From a virus (Duplodnaviria; Caudoviricetes): a stretch of 50,776 bases of DNA. The stretch is taken from positions 1 to 50,776 of IMG/VR virus record IMGVR_UViG_3300046816_000391. One strand, given 5' to 3'. The notes below the pieces were generated by a model. That model did not search any database. It saw nothing but the letters and a program-made list of their open reading frames with translations, and had not been told where the DNA came from. The position numbers and the translations under genes were made by a program. This document shows positions 24,905-34,191 of this stretch, piece by piece (position 1 is the first letter of the stretch; each line of letters begins with the position of its first letter).

Positions 24905-25152
24905 CAGTTCGCTCGCGGTTCAGCACGCTCACGAAACCGTTTCGCCGCTTGATATTCGTTGAGAAACGCGAATAGTTTCTCGAGTCGCTTCACGCCCGGG
25001 TCGTCAATGCCGCCATAAACAATCTTGCGGACCCACTCGTGGCCGACCTCGGCGCCCTCTGCGATCTGTCGCAAAGTTAAATCACCGCGTTGATCCAGCA
25101 GCTTTTTTGTCTTTGCCAGGAGGGATTCTGTCGCATCGCGCTTTTCATCCAT
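24904..25152 (-). CDS. cro: Cro-like HTH repressor
   Basis: LTLRQIAEGAEVGHEWVRKIVYGGIDDPGVKRLEKL; divergent from the repressor gene. Confidence 0.8.
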   Translation of the reverse strand: MDEKRDATESLLAKTKKLLDQRGDLTLRQIAEGAEVGHEWVRKIVYGGIDDPGVKRLEKLFAFLNEYQAAKRFRERAEPRAN

Positions 25153-25159
25153 GAACCAA

Positions 25160-25189
25160 AGTGTAGTTTATGACACAGCATGAGTGCAA
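25160..25189 (-). promoter_or_regulatory. pR-like promoter overlapped by operator GTGTAGTTTATGACAC (25161-25176)
   Basis: TTGCAC-N18-TACACT ending 7 nt before cro ATG; operator matches two copies at 25676 and 25706. Confidence 0.6.
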
Positions 25190-25626
25190 CCACAAACACA
25201 CCACTTCCCTTACCGTACGGGGGAATGCGTAGCGAGATACACAGCAAGGACCCCAAAACGATCTTGGGGCGAAACTTGAGCGCCGCCTTTAAGAAGCGCG
25301 GGCTCAGTGCGCGTTCTGTTGCGCGCTCGTTAGCTGCCTCCGGCATGAAAATATCGAACAAGACCGTGAGCAACATGCTCAACGGTGAAGGTAACCCGCA
25401 GCTCGACAATCTACTTGCCGTCGCGAAACAGGCTCGTGTCCCCCTCTGGCAATTACTGAGCCCAGTAATGGATTTATCTCACCTCGGTAAGGAAGATTTG
25501 CACGAACTCATTGAGGGAGTTGCTGGGCTGTCAGAGATCGGACTTAGCCAAGTGCGCCGCGTCATCCAGGGCGAGCACGCCATCAATAAGCTCGCTGAAG
25601 CCCAATCGGCACGTTCCGATCGATAG
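25180..25626 (+). CDS. CI-like XRE-family repressor (start 25180 or 25225)
   Basis: LSARSVAR...ISNKTVSNMLNGEGNPQLDNLLAVAK...PLWQLL HTH; no peptidase domain. Confidence 0.8.
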   Translation: MSATTNTPLPLPYGGMRSEIHSKDPKTILGRNLSAAFKKRGLSARSVARSLAASGMKISNKTVSNMLNGEGNPQLDNLLAVAKQARVPLWQLLSPVMDLSHLGKEDLHELIEGVAGLSEIGLSQVRRVIQGEHAINKLAEAQSARSDR

Positions 25627-25675
25627 CTAAACCATTGTCTGTGTAAGCAATTTCAAGCATACGCACGTGTATGCT

Positions 25676-25721
25676 GTGTAGTAGTTGACACGCTCACTGT
25701 TTGTTGTGTAGTCTATTACAC
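25676..25721 (+). promoter_or_regulatory. pL-like promoter with two operators (GTGTAGTAGTTGACAC, GTGTAGTCTATTACAC)
   Basis: TTGACA (25685-25690)-N18-TAGTCT; GTGT-N8-ACAC palindromes cover the -35 and -10. Confidence 0.75.
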
Positions 25722-25743
25722 ATTGAGAACGGAGGGCGAGACG

Positions 25744-26058
25744 GTGAGCCAGACCAACCAGACGCGCAGTGAAGAGAACATGACCTCAGTCGAGGTCGTG
25801 AATCAGTCCACCAAGAGCTATTCGAACTTGCGCCGCACGGTGACCTACCTCGAGGGCCGCGCCGGCAAGCACCACGCCACGATCGCTGTTGCGCACGGTT
25901 CCGATGTGCAGGTCATCGTGCACAACGCCGCTAATCGCTGCTGGCGCGGAATGGGGAAGAACTACCCGACGATCGACAAGGCGCTGGCTGCATACAAGAC
26001 GCCGGAAGTTCGCGCAATCATCCAGGCCGCTGCGGATGCCGCGAAGGCGGCGGCATGA
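25744..26058 (+). CDS. Hypothetical protein, first gene of early operon
   Basis: GGAGG RBS before GTG 25744. Confidence 0.65.
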   Translation: MSQTNQTRSEENMTSVEVVNQSTKSYSNLRRTVTYLEGRAGKHHATIAVAHGSDVQVIVHNAANRCWRGMGKNYPTIDKALAAYKTPEVRAIIQAAADAAKAAA

Positions 26059-26318
26059 GCGCTACCGTGCAGAACGAGTGGACCAAGGAGTACTGCCGCG
26101 TGCAGCACCTTGTAAAGCGGCAAGGAACCAACGGTCGCTGGGCCACCGTCACGAACTGGGGCTCATTCGCGGAACTGGACGGCTGGTATCAGGGCTGCCA
26201 GTTCAGCCCCCACACTTCGACCTTCCGCACCATCGAGGAAGCTCGCGCCGCCGGTGAGCGGTGGACGGAGAGCGGCGTTTTCCCGGCGACTGATGAATAC
26301 GGCTGGGTGCGCTCGTGA
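26055..26318 (+). CDS. Hypothetical protein
   Basis: ATGA/GTGA coupling. Confidence 0.65.
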   Translation: MSATVQNEWTKEYCRVQHLVKRQGTNGRWATVTNWGSFAELDGWYQGCQFSPHTSTFRTIEEARAAGERWTESGVFPATDEYGWVRS

Positions 26319-26539
26319 CTTCCTCACAGAGCAACAGTGCGCCGGACTTCGTGGAGATCGCCGCGCAGGTTCGTAAGGCAATGATCGACTGCCTCGATCG
26401 TCGCGAGGATGGCCGCTACTACGCCACTGAAGCCGGCTGCGTGAAGCTCCGGCAGATCCTCGCCAATCACGGCATCAACGCGAAGGTCTCCATCGACGAC
26501 GACGAGCGCTTTGAAGTTTCGCTTGGGGTGTCGCAGTGA
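26315..26539 (+). CDS. Hypothetical protein
   Basis: GTGA coupling. Confidence 0.6.
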   Translation: MTSSQSNSAPDFVEIAAQVRKAMIDCLDRREDGRYYATEAGCVKLRQILANHGINAKVSIDDDERFEVSLGVSQ

Positions 26540-26877
26540 CCCGCTCACAAGAAAAACGATTAGCTCGGCACACACCGGGGCCGTGGTCGGTTGAAGACCC
26601 GATCGATCATGAGCTGTCCATTGTCGAGGCCGGCAAGCCGACTCATGAGTGGCAGTTCATCGCCTGTGTTCCGCACGGTGGCAAGAGTGAGGGCGACTTC
26701 CCGAGAGTCACCGCCGAAGCCAACGCCCGTCTGATCGCCGCCGCTCCTGAGTTGCTCGAAGTGCTGCGTATCTACGCGGCATATGACGAGTACATCAACG
26801 GCGTTGAGGGCGATCCTTCGACCGATCGCCTGCAGAAAGCCAAGGCCGCCATCGCGAAGGCGGAGGGCCGGTCATGA
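26536..26877 (+). CDS. Phage hypothetical protein (HTPGPW...ANARLIAAAPELL family)
   Basis: Widely seen phage motif. Confidence 0.75.
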   Translation: MTRSQEKRLARHTPGPWSVEDPIDHELSIVEAGKPTHEWQFIACVPHGGKSEGDFPRVTAEANARLIAAAPELLEVLRIYAAYDEYINGVEGDPSTDRLQKAKAAIAKAEGRS

Positions 26878-27143
26878 CGCTCCGCTCAGTGGAAGAGAAC
26901 GCCTCTCCGTGGATCAGCACGAAAGAGCGCCTGCCCGAAGTGGGCGCGACGGTCCTCGCGTACTGGCCGTCAATCAGCATCCAGAAAGATGCGTATCCGG
27001 CGATGTATGGCGTCGCGACGTACCAGCGACGCAGTGCTCGCCACGAACTCAATCGCCAGATCTGGCACAACCCCGAGGCTCGTGAGGATGAGTTCAGCAT
27101 CCCCGAGTATTGGATGCCGCTGCCGGAGGTGCAGCGCCCATGA
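26874..27143 (+). CDS. DUF551-like protein
   Basis: WISTKERLPE...YWMPLPE. Confidence 0.75.
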   Translation: MTLRSVEENASPWISTKERLPEVGATVLAYWPSISIQKDAYPAMYGVATYQRRSARHELNRQIWHNPEAREDEFSIPEYWMPLPEVQRP

Positions 27144-27340
27144 CGTCATCACACACCAGGAAGAAAGCCAAGCGGCAGTCCGTTCGGCAGTTCATGTCCG
27201 ACGCGACGCATCCGTCCACAACGCTCTCGCGCTACGGCTTCGGGCCACACGTGCGCTTCCTGCTGCAGAAGGCGTACCGCATTGGGCTCAATAACGGGAA
27301 GTTGCTGGCTTCTAAGTCGGATGAGGACGTAAGCAAGTGA
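27140..27340 (+). CDS. Hypothetical protein
   Basis: Coupled both sides. Confidence 0.55.
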   Translation: MTSSHTRKKAKRQSVRQFMSDATHPSTTLSRYGFGPHVRFLLQKAYRIGLNNGKLLASKSDEDVSK

Positions 27341-27579
27341 ACGCTCGTCTCGAAACGCTTCCGGAAGCCCTGCAGCCGCCCACGTACGACAACGAGTATC
27401 TGGGCTGGGAGTCCGACTGGATCGCCGCCAACAGGACCGCCCTGCTCGACTGGTGGCATGCGCTGGGTGAGCAGATCGGTGACACGAGCGAGAACGAGTT
27501 CCCGAGCTTTGCCCGCAGCCAGCACGACATCGAACTGGCGCGGCGCGAGGACTTTCGCAACACACTGAGGCAATACTGA
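27337..27579 (+). CDS. Hypothetical protein
   Basis: Coupled both sides. Confidence 0.6.
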   Translation: MNARLETLPEALQPPTYDNEYLGWESDWIAANRTALLDWWHALGEQIGDTSENEFPSFARSQHDIELARREDFRNTLRQY

Positions 27580-27785
27580 TGTTTGCCATCGACGACATTC
27601 TTGAGTTCCGAAACGAGAGCCTGCAGCGCTTCGTTGCCAATCGTGGCCAGGAACGGCTGCTGCTCGACGAAGAGCGCAAGTTCTGGCGGGGGAAGCTTTC
27701 GCGCGCGGTGACTGCGGCCGAGGTAAAGAGCATCCGCGAAGAGCTGGACAAGCTCGACGAGATGGAGGCGGCATCACGTGGCTGA
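27579..27785 (+). CDS. Hypothetical protein
   Basis: GAGG RBS, TGATG overlap. Confidence 0.6.
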   Translation: MFAIDDILEFRNESLQRFVANRGQERLLLDEERKFWRGKLSRAVTAAEVKSIREELDKLDEMEAASRG

Positions 27786-28008
27786 CGAATCCGTGAGCCT
27801 CGCTGAGGCCCTGCCTCGCGAGATGGCGCGTGTGCGCGATGAGATTCTGCCGCAGTTTCTCGCCATGCGCGGCATGCCGAACGTCATCGTGGAGCCGCAA
27901 ATCATGATGATGCGCGCCGAGCTGGACGAGGCCGCACGGGCAATGGTGACAGGTGACGTCGTGGCGATGCTGCGCGTGTACCAGTCGCTGAAGGACTACG
28001 AATCGTGA
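27778..28008 (+). CDS. Hypothetical protein
   Basis: GGAGG RBS; LPREMARVRD...GDVVAMLRVY. Confidence 0.65.
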   Translation: MADESVSLAEALPREMARVRDEILPQFLAMRGMPNVIVEPQIMMMRAELDEAARAMVTGDVVAMLRVYQSLKDYES

Positions 28009-28481
28009 GCGACCGAAACATCCCCACTGAAGAGCGCGTCGAGCGCCTGTGGGTTACCTCAGGCAACGAAGTCTTTCGCGAGAAGCCCAAGACCATTCTC
28101 GCCGTCGAGTATGCCCGCGTGCGCCGCCATGACGGAGAACACGGACGCAGAGTGGATGCACCGCCCGGCGGTAGCCCGCAAGGGAGCCGAACCGGAACCG
28201 CGCTGACCGTCGCTCGTGCACGTCAGATTGACGTCATGGCGGCCATCGGTGCCTTGCGCGCCATCGTTGCGTTCGCCTATGAGAGCGGCTTCCACGAACT
28301 TGGGTACGACCCAGTTGATGAGTTGGCGACGGCGCTTACCGGTCGCTACGACCGCCTCACGATGATTCGCGACGCCGCGAAGGATGGCGCGAGCCTTACG
28401 TGGATTCGTGCCGTTGCTGACGAGGGCATGCGAGACGAGCCCATGGCTAACCTCACCGCACTTCAGGAGAGCCAGAAATGA
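28005..28481 (+). CDS. Hypothetical protein
   Basis: Coupled both sides. Confidence 0.55.
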   Translation: MSDRNIPTEERVERLWVTSGNEVFREKPKTILAVEYARVRRHDGEHGRRVDAPPGGSPQGSRTGTALTVARARQIDVMAAIGALRAIVAFAYESGFHELGYDPVDELATALTGRYDRLTMIRDAAKDGASLTWIRAVADEGMRDEPMANLTALQESQK

Positions 28482-28927
28482 GTCAGCAACCAGGCTTTGG
28501 CGCGATGATCCACTACCTCGGCGGCGGCTCGAAGAAGAACGCATCCGACTACTACGGCCGAAAAATCATCGCTGCCTCAACGTCCACCGAGCCGGGCTAT
28601 CGGAGCATTGGCGACGGCGAGAAGGCGGCGCTCAACATCACCTTCGATGACGGCGTAACGATTCGCCTGACCGACGAGGGGCAGTCCTGCTGCGAGCATC
28701 GCTACATGACCTGCGACGACGACCTGTCGAAGCTGGTGGGTGGCAAGCTGACCAAGATCGAGGTCCGCGAACTCAAGGACGAGACCGACTCGGAAGGCTG
28801 CGGCGATCACGAGCAAGCGTTCGTGGAAGTCGCGACGGACGAGTGCTTCGTCACAGTCGTCACGCACAACGAGCACAACGGCTATTACGGCGGGTTCGGC
28901 CTGTCGATTGACGAGGTGCGCTCGTGA
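28478..28927 (+). CDS. Conserved phage protein (QSCCE...HNGYYGG motif)
   Basis: AGGAG RBS; recurrent phage motif. Confidence 0.7.
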   Translation: MSQQPGFGAMIHYLGGGSKKNASDYYGRKIIAASTSTEPGYRSIGDGEKAALNITFDDGVTIRLTDEGQSCCEHRYMTCDDDLSKLVGGKLTKIEVRELKDETDSEGCGDHEQAFVEVATDECFVTVVTHNEHNGYYGGFGLSIDEVRS

Positions 28928-29673
28928 CTCACGGGACCTCAAATCCGGTGAATGCGTGGCCTGAGTTCGACGACTTCGCGCGGGAGGCGATGCGCGATAA
29001 GGCGCGGCCTAACATCGCGAACAAGACGGAAGCCTACGGCCACATGAGCGACGAGTGGGTCGCGAATCGAGTTCGCATGCTCCACCGCAGCGACTTGGAG
29101 TTCGAGCCGATCTGCTCGGCAGGCCGAGATCGCATCATGCGGCTGTCGATGGAAGTGGCAGAGCTGCGTGGGATTCTCGCAGCGAGACGTGCAGACGAGA
29201 CAGCCCGTGAGCCTGCGCGCGATGCGGAGCACTGCGACTTCCCGGACTGCGAGCAGCACTACAAATACCTGTTCCTGTTGGCCCTGAGCCACGTGGACAT
29301 GGGGGCGCTGGAAATCTCGCACCGAAAGGATTGGGCGACATTGCGCGTCGGAAAAACAGGGCTGGATCACGGCCCTGCTCCTGAGACGGCAGAAAAGCCT
29401 GTTTCCGGCTGCCCGATCCATGGGCGCTGCCCTGTGTGCACAGCGATGGACGTTCTCGGAGATCCACGCGTGGGCGTGGTAATCGCCGGACCGGATGCCG
29501 GCGCGGTCTTCAAGGTCGGTAGCACGCTCTACACCGCTGCGCCAAATGCCGCCGCCGCAGCTCAGCCGGGCGTCTTCGCGTGGGTGTGCACGAAGCACGG
29601 GAACATTCCGTTTCAGGACTGCGCGCAGTGCGCGGAGGAACAAGTGAAATCCTCCGGTGAGGTGGCGCCGTGA
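28924..29673 (+). CDS. Mosaic Cys/His-rich hypothetical protein
   Basis: Several CxxH/CxxC motifs; coupled. Confidence 0.6.
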   Translation: MTHGTSNPVNAWPEFDDFAREAMRDKARPNIANKTEAYGHMSDEWVANRVRMLHRSDLEFEPICSAGRDRIMRLSMEVAELRGILAARRADETAREPARDAEHCDFPDCEQHYKYLFLLALSHVDMGALEISHRKDWATLRVGKTGLDHGPAPETAEKPVSGCPIHGRCPVCTAMDVLGDPRVGVVIAGPDAGAVFKVGSTLYTAAPNAAAAAQPGVFAWVCTKHGNIPFQDCAQCAEEQVKSSGEVAP

Positions 29674-29825
29674 ACTGGCTCCGCTCTCTCTGGGCCGCAT
29701 TCAAGCGCGAGCGCAATCGCCGTCGACGCTGGGCCTACCGCAATCGAATTCATTACACCTGGCAGGACCCGCGTTGCTGGCAGGATCAATTCAACGCGGC
29801 CGAACGCCGCGCGAGGCAATCATGA
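29670..29825 (+). CDS. Hypothetical 51-aa basic protein
   Basis: Read by eye; GAGG RBS, fills gap before ERF. Confidence 0.5.
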   Translation: MNWLRSLWAAFKRERNRRRRWAYRNRIHYTWQDPRCWQDQFNAAERRARQS

Positions 29826-30496
29826 ACGACTTTGCAGAACTGGAACCACGTTTGAAGGACATCTCTGCGGCCCTCTCCGCTGCGCAGGGAGAGTTTGGCG
29901 CGGTGATTCGTGACAAGACCGTCACCGTGACAATGAAGTCCGGTGGCAAATACACGTTCAGCTACGCGCCGCTTGAATCGATCTTGCATGCGGTAAAGCC
30001 GGCCCTGAGCAAGAACGGGCTGTCGTTGACGCAAGCCATCATCTTCATCGAAGGGAAGGAGTACGTCGAAACGACGCTGCGCCATTCCAGCGGGCAGACG
30101 ATCAGTAATCGCATTCCGATCTTCGTTCGGGAGGATGGACCGCAGGCCTACGGTTCAGGCCTTACCTACGCGCGCCGCTATGGCGTGACCCTTCTGCTGT
30201 GCATCTCGGCCGACGACGACGACGACGGGAACGCGGCCGAAGGTAACTCGGCCGAGGCGAAGCAGAAGGAAGCCAGCACCAGCGCCAAGTTGCTGGCAAG
30301 CAGTTTCAAGGCCGCTTTGAAGGTGGGAGACAAGAAGGTCTCCGAGGTGCACGAGAGTGCGAACAAGGATCAGGAACTCTACAACGAGGCCTGGGGGCTG
30401 CTCGACTCGAAGGAGCGCAAGGAGATCAAGGCAGCGATTGAGCGCGTGCGCGTGCCCAATACCAACCGCCCTGCGCGGGAGCCGGTCGAAGCATGA
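29822..30496 (+). CDS. erf: ERF-family ssDNA annealing protein
   Basis: ALSAAQGEF...YAPLESI...LRHSSGQ...PQAYGSGLTYARRY...DDDDGN. Confidence 0.9.
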   Translation: MNDFAELEPRLKDISAALSAAQGEFGAVIRDKTVTVTMKSGGKYTFSYAPLESILHAVKPALSKNGLSLTQAIIFIEGKEYVETTLRHSSGQTISNRIPIFVREDGPQAYGSGLTYARRYGVTLLLCISADDDDDGNAAEGNSAEAKQKEASTSAKLLASSFKAALKVGDKKVSEVHESANKDQELYNEAWGLLDSKERKEIKAAIERVRVPNTNRPAREPVEA

Positions 30497-30660
30497 GGCG
30501 CGGCCAACTGCAAGCCACTGATGTGCGCGCGATTCGTCGTGCGCTCGCCAAGCATCGGCGGACACGAACGCCGTTGCAGTTGGCCGGTATCTATCAAGTG
30601 AGCAAGTCCACAGTGCTCAAGATCGAGCAGCGGCGGCTCTACAAGTGGGTGCGGCCATGA
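30493..30660 (+). CDS. Small HTH protein (55 aa)
   Basis: LQATDVRAIR...QLAGIYQVSKSTVLKIEQRRLYKWV resembles the C-terminal HTH of HNH endonucleases. Confidence 0.6.
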   Translation: MRRGQLQATDVRAIRRALAKHRRTRTPLQLAGIYQVSKSTVLKIEQRRLYKWVRP

Positions 30661-31124
30661 AGCCGGTCATTATCCCCAAGGGTGCACGCGCGCGCATGCG
30701 CACGGTGGAGCTCACACAGATTTCCATCGCGAATCTCGACCCTGACGAGGCCTGGAAGATCACAGCGGAGCCTGTCAAGGCCACTCGCAGCAACTCGCAG
30801 AACGCCTATTTGTGGGCAGTCCCGTACAAGCTCATTTCGGAAGCGACGGGATACGAGGTGGAAGAAGTGCACGAATATTTCCTCGGGCGCTTCTTCGGCT
30901 GGAAGGACAAGAAGGTTCCAAAGACGCCACGCAACCCCGAAGGCGTGGAATCGGTGCCCATGCGCACTACAACGACCGACGAGCATGGCAAGCGTTCGGT
31001 CCTTTCTTTCGAGGTCTTCAGCGAGTACGTGGCCTACATCCAGCGCTTCGGCGCGGTGAAGCTGGGCCTCGTGATCCCGGACCCTGACCCGATGCATAGC
31101 GAGCAGCAGGAGCGCGCGGCATGA
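30657..31124 (+). CDS. NinB/Orf-like recombination mediator
   Basis: TRSNSQNAYLWA...ATGY..EEVHEYF...FSEYV.YI...LG..IPDP. Confidence 0.7.
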   Translation: MKPVIIPKGARARMRTVELTQISIANLDPDEAWKITAEPVKATRSNSQNAYLWAVPYKLISEATGYEVEEVHEYFLGRFFGWKDKKVPKTPRNPEGVESVPMRTTTTDEHGKRSVLSFEVFSEYVAYIQRFGAVKLGLVIPDPDPMHSEQQERAA

Positions 31125-31474
31125 TCTGGCATGCGAACGCGAAGCCCTGGAGGAAGTTCGAGCAGGAGCGCGCGGATCGTATGGCGCTTGAAATTGGCTG
31201 CATCTTCTGCTGGCTGGACGAGGGGCAGCGGGGCCCGTGCGAGTGCCGGCACCACATCATCAGCGGCAACAAGCGCATGGGCCACTGGTTCACGCTGCCC
31301 TGCTGTAACCGGCATCACGCCGACTGCCACAACAGTACGTTCAGTCACGCGGTGCAGATTGATCGGTGGCTGAAGGTGCAGCACGCGCTTGGCTTACCTG
31401 ACGATCTGCCGCCGTCGAAAATCTACAAGCGTCGTGAGGCGCTTCCCGAAGCGGATGTTTCAAATGCCTCTTAA
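31121..31474 (+). CDS. Ref/NinG-like HNH-type nuclease
   Basis: GCIFC...CRHH...RMGHWFTLPCC.RHH. Confidence 0.7.
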   Translation: MIWHANAKPWRKFEQERADRMALEIGCIFCWLDEGQRGPCECRHHIISGNKRMGHWFTLPCCNRHHADCHNSTFSHAVQIDRWLKVQHALGLPDDLPPSKIYKRREALPEADVSNAS

Positions 31475-32009
31475 GACCATTCCAGGCTTACCTGACGACC
31501 AGTACAACGCCCGCTGGATCGCGCGATTGATGCAGCGTGTACGGCCGGGCGAGAACGGCTGCATAGAGGTCGACGGGTTCCACAACGCTGACGGCTACGC
31601 GAACGCCTACCATCGGAAGTGGGGCGACTTTCCGCACCGGGTGTTGATGATCATCCTGCACGGCCCGATTGCACCGGGGCTGATGGCCTGCCACCGCTGC
31701 GGCAACCACGGCTGCGTGAATCCCGATCATCTGTACATCGGCACGATGAAGCAGAACGCACGGGACACCGTGAACCACGGCCGCCACCTCGAAGCCAACA
31801 AGACCCACTGCGTCCACAATCATCCGTTCGATGAAGAGAACACGTGGATCTGCAAGAAGGGTAAACGTCACTGCCGTACATGCGCGCGCATCAATGGGCG
31901 AATCGCCAACGGCTGGACCCGAGAAGAGGCTGAGGCGGAGCCCGTCCAAAACGTCGGCGGACGACTGGGCCGGAAATACCTGGAACGCCACAAGAGTCCG
32001 CAGGCATGA
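31464..32009 (+). CDS. HNH endonuclease
   Basis: HRV...ACHRCGNHGCVNPDHLYIGT..QN..D plus KTHC..NHPF...RHCRTC zinc motif. Confidence 0.9.
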   Translation: MPLKTIPGLPDDQYNARWIARLMQRVRPGENGCIEVDGFHNADGYANAYHRKWGDFPHRVLMIILHGPIAPGLMACHRCGNHGCVNPDHLYIGTMKQNARDTVNHGRHLEANKTHCVHNHPFDEENTWICKKGKRHCRTCARINGRIANGWTREEAEAEPVQNVGGRLGRKYLERHKSPQA

Positions 32010-32179
32010 CCGAAGCGGACCCCATGCCCGAGCTGTGCCACCACGACGATTCTTCGTGGTGTAACGAGGAATGCGAAGAGAAGGCGCGCAAGTTTGATGA
32101 GTGGATCAAGCGCGAAGTGCAGCGGACCGGCGATATCGCGACGATCTTGGAAATCACTGGAGGGAATCGAAAGTGTTGA
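32006..32179 (+). CDS. Hypothetical 57-aa protein
   Basis: Read by eye; ATGA overlap. Confidence 0.5.
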   Translation: MTEADPMPELCHHDDSSWCNEECEEKARKFDEWIKREVQRTGDIATILEITGGNRKC

Positions 32180-32373
32180 TACTTACCCGCAAAACTGGCG
32201 AAGAAATCGACATCACGCTGGAGGACGGCCGGCGCATCACCATCACGCAGCTCGGCGTAAAGGGCAACCAAGTGCGTTATGGAGTTTCTGCGCCAAAGAC
32301 CGTCATCGTAGACCGTCACGAGATAACGGAGCGGAAGTGGGATGAGCAACACCCGGGGAATGGCAATGTCTGA
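32173..32373 (+). CDS. csrA: Carbon storage regulator CsrA/RsmA homolog
   Basis: GGAGG RBS, GTG start; [12 protein letters not shown]...[21 protein letters not shown]. Confidence 0.92.
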   Translation: MLILTRKTGEEIDITLEDGRRITITQLGVKGNQVRYGVSAPKTVIVDRHEITERKWDEQHPGNGNV

Positions 32374-32635
32374 CGCGCTCAGTACCGAACAGCAGGTCGC
32401 GTATCGGCACACGCACATGTGCATCGACGTGCGCGGCGCCCTTCGCAACTACAAGGCCAGCCTGTGGCGTGGCGTCGTGTCGCGCGAGAACGGGACGAGG
32501 ATGACGGCCAACGAAGCGCGGGAGTGGCTGATGGATCAGCTCGCGATGGGTCGCAAAGTGATCCCGTTCGGCAAGCCGTGCGATGGCTTCAGCTACGAGA
32601 CCGGCTGCCCCGGTCATGAGGGGCCATCGAAATGA
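32366..32635 (+). CDS. Hypothetical protein
   Basis: H.CIDVRGAL...CDGFSY.TGCPGH. Confidence 0.65.
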   Translation: MSDALSTEQQVAYRHTHMCIDVRGALRNYKASLWRGVVSRENGTRMTANEAREWLMDQLAMGRKVIPFGKPCDGFSYETGCPGHEGPSK

Positions 32636-32805
32636 GCGACCCCGTCCTGCACTATGGGCCTCACTACGGTGACCGGCTTCTGCCGTATGGCCATTCGCTA
32701 GCGGCCTGCCGTCCCGGCGAAGTGCCAAGCAATCTCACGACGCACAAGCCGTGGGTGACCTGCGAAGCGTGCAAACAAACCGAGGCGTATCGCAATGGCA
32801 AATGA
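32632..32805 (+). CDS. Hypothetical 57-aa zinc-finger-like protein
   Basis: Read by eye; VLH...AC...VTCEAC. Confidence 0.55.
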   Translation: MSDPVLHYGPHYGDRLLPYGHSLAACRPGEVPSNLTTHKPWVTCEACKQTEAYRNGK

Positions 32806-33001
32806 TGTTGATACCAGCGATCTGGAACAGACCTTTGATGCGTGGCTTGATGCTCGTGACCCGCACGCAAGCACGGCCCAGCGATTGAGCTACTGGTTCG
32901 CGTTCAAGGCCGGCGCCGAATGGGCGATGGCTGAAATTCGCAAGAACGCGCGCTTGCCAGAAACACAGCCGGACGACGTGGAGGCGCTGCGCCGTGGCTG
33001 A
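32795..33001 (+). CDS. Hypothetical protein
   Basis: GAGG RBS; AFKAGAEW motif. Confidence 0.6.
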   Translation: MANDVDTSDLEQTFDAWLDARDPHASTAQRLSYWFAFKAGAEWAMAEIRKNARLPETQPDDVEALRRG

Positions 33002-33440
33002 GCTACTGACTGCAGATCTCGTGACTCGGCTGCGAGCCGAAGTGGTCGTCCCATACAAGGAAGGATACGAACCATTTCGCGCACCGCCGAGCAAGTTGAT
33101 GACCGACGCAGCGGACGAGATTGAGCGGCTGCGCGCTGAGCTGGCCCGCATCAATGGGCTTGCCGTCCACCTGAGCAGCGGCGGTCGAGACCCGGACGAG
33201 AAGTGCTACACGAAGCGCGATGTCGAGGCATTGATAGCGATCACGCGCGCCGTGGAGAAGAAGCACGACACGAAGCGGCGCGGGGACAAGAGCTACCTTG
33301 ACGGCAAGGGCGGCCACTTCTGGACCTGCGCGAAATGTCAGTACGTCAACGACGCCGGCATTCGATTCAATCGATGCGGCGAGTGCGGTGAATTTCAGAG
33401 CGGCTACGCTGACACAAGGTCGGGAGAGCCTCATGGCTGA
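32994..33440 (+). CDS. Hypothetical protein with C-terminal zinc ribbon
   Basis: AADEIERLR; WTCAKCQYVN...RCGECG. Confidence 0.65.
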   Translation: MAELLTADLVTRLRAEVVVPYKEGYEPFRAPPSKLMTDAADEIERLRAELARINGLAVHLSSGGRDPDEKCYTKRDVEALIAITRAVEKKHDTKRRGDKSYLDGKGGHFWTCAKCQYVNDAGIRFNRCGECGEFQSGYADTRSGEPHG

Positions 33441-33636
33441 AGAAGTCTTCACGCATGTCGCGTGCGGCCCCAGCTCCGCGAGCTGCAAGTGCCAGTGCCC
33501 CAATGGGCCGTGCGAGCACAAGTGGGACGGCGAAGAGCGCGTGCACGAGTATCCAGAAGGTGGTTGCTCCTGCTCCGTTACCTGCTCCCGCTGCGGTATG
33601 GATTCGATGAGTCACGATATGTGGGTGATGCCATGA
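33433..33636 (+). CDS. Cys-rich hypothetical protein
   Basis: CEHKWDG...VTCSRCG; GGAG RBS. Confidence 0.6.
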   Translation: MAEEVFTHVACGPSSASCKCQCPNGPCEHKWDGEERVHEYPEGGCSCSVTCSRCGMDSMSHDMWVMP

Positions 33637-33914
33637 GCAGCTACACGCTTACCCAAGACTGGGTGCGCCGTCTCCGTAATCCGCTTGCCGGCCTGCGCTG
33701 GTTCAGTCGCTGCAGCGACGACGCCCCAATGATCGTCGCCAGACACTACCCGCACCTGTTGTGCTGGTCGTGGTCGATCACATGGCGACCGCACGGAGCC
33801 CTCTGGGTCCACCTCATGCGCCACAACTGCGGTGGCAATGCATGGATTGGCTCTCTGTGCTTCGACTGGCAGAACTACCGCATCAGACGCACTGAGAGCG
33901 AGGAAGGAAAGTGA
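33633..33914 (+). CDS. Trp-rich hypothetical protein
   Basis: Coupled both sides. Confidence 0.55.
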   Translation: MSSYTLTQDWVRRLRNPLAGLRWFSRCSDDAPMIVARHYPHLLCWSWSITWRPHGALWVHLMRHNCGGNAWIGSLCFDWQNYRIRRTESEEGK

Positions 33915-34177
33915 GCAGCGCTCAAAAGTATGCGGAGACCAATCCGCTGGAGTTCACCGCTGAGCAAGTGCGGAAAAAGCTATGGCTGTCCGTCGCCAGT
34001 AAGCCGCGCCGCATTGGCGGCCACACGCAGTTGAGTCTGGCTGCCGCCATCGGCATCTCCGCGCAGTACCTGAACGACATACTGCACGGCAATCGTGAGC
34101 CCTGCGAGAAGTGCTTGGCGTATCTGGGGCTGGAGAAGGTCGTCGTGTATCGCGTGCCGACGAAGCTTTCAAGGTAG
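33911..34177 (+). CDS. XRE-family HTH protein
   Basis: TQLSLAAAIGISAQYLNDILHGNREP...LGLEKVV. Confidence 0.8.
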   Translation: MSSAQKYAETNPLEFTAEQVRKKLWLSVASKPRRIGGHTQLSLAAAIGISAQYLNDILHGNREPCEKCLAYLGLEKVVVYRVPTKLSR

Positions 34178-34191
34178 ATGGACCTGTAGAC

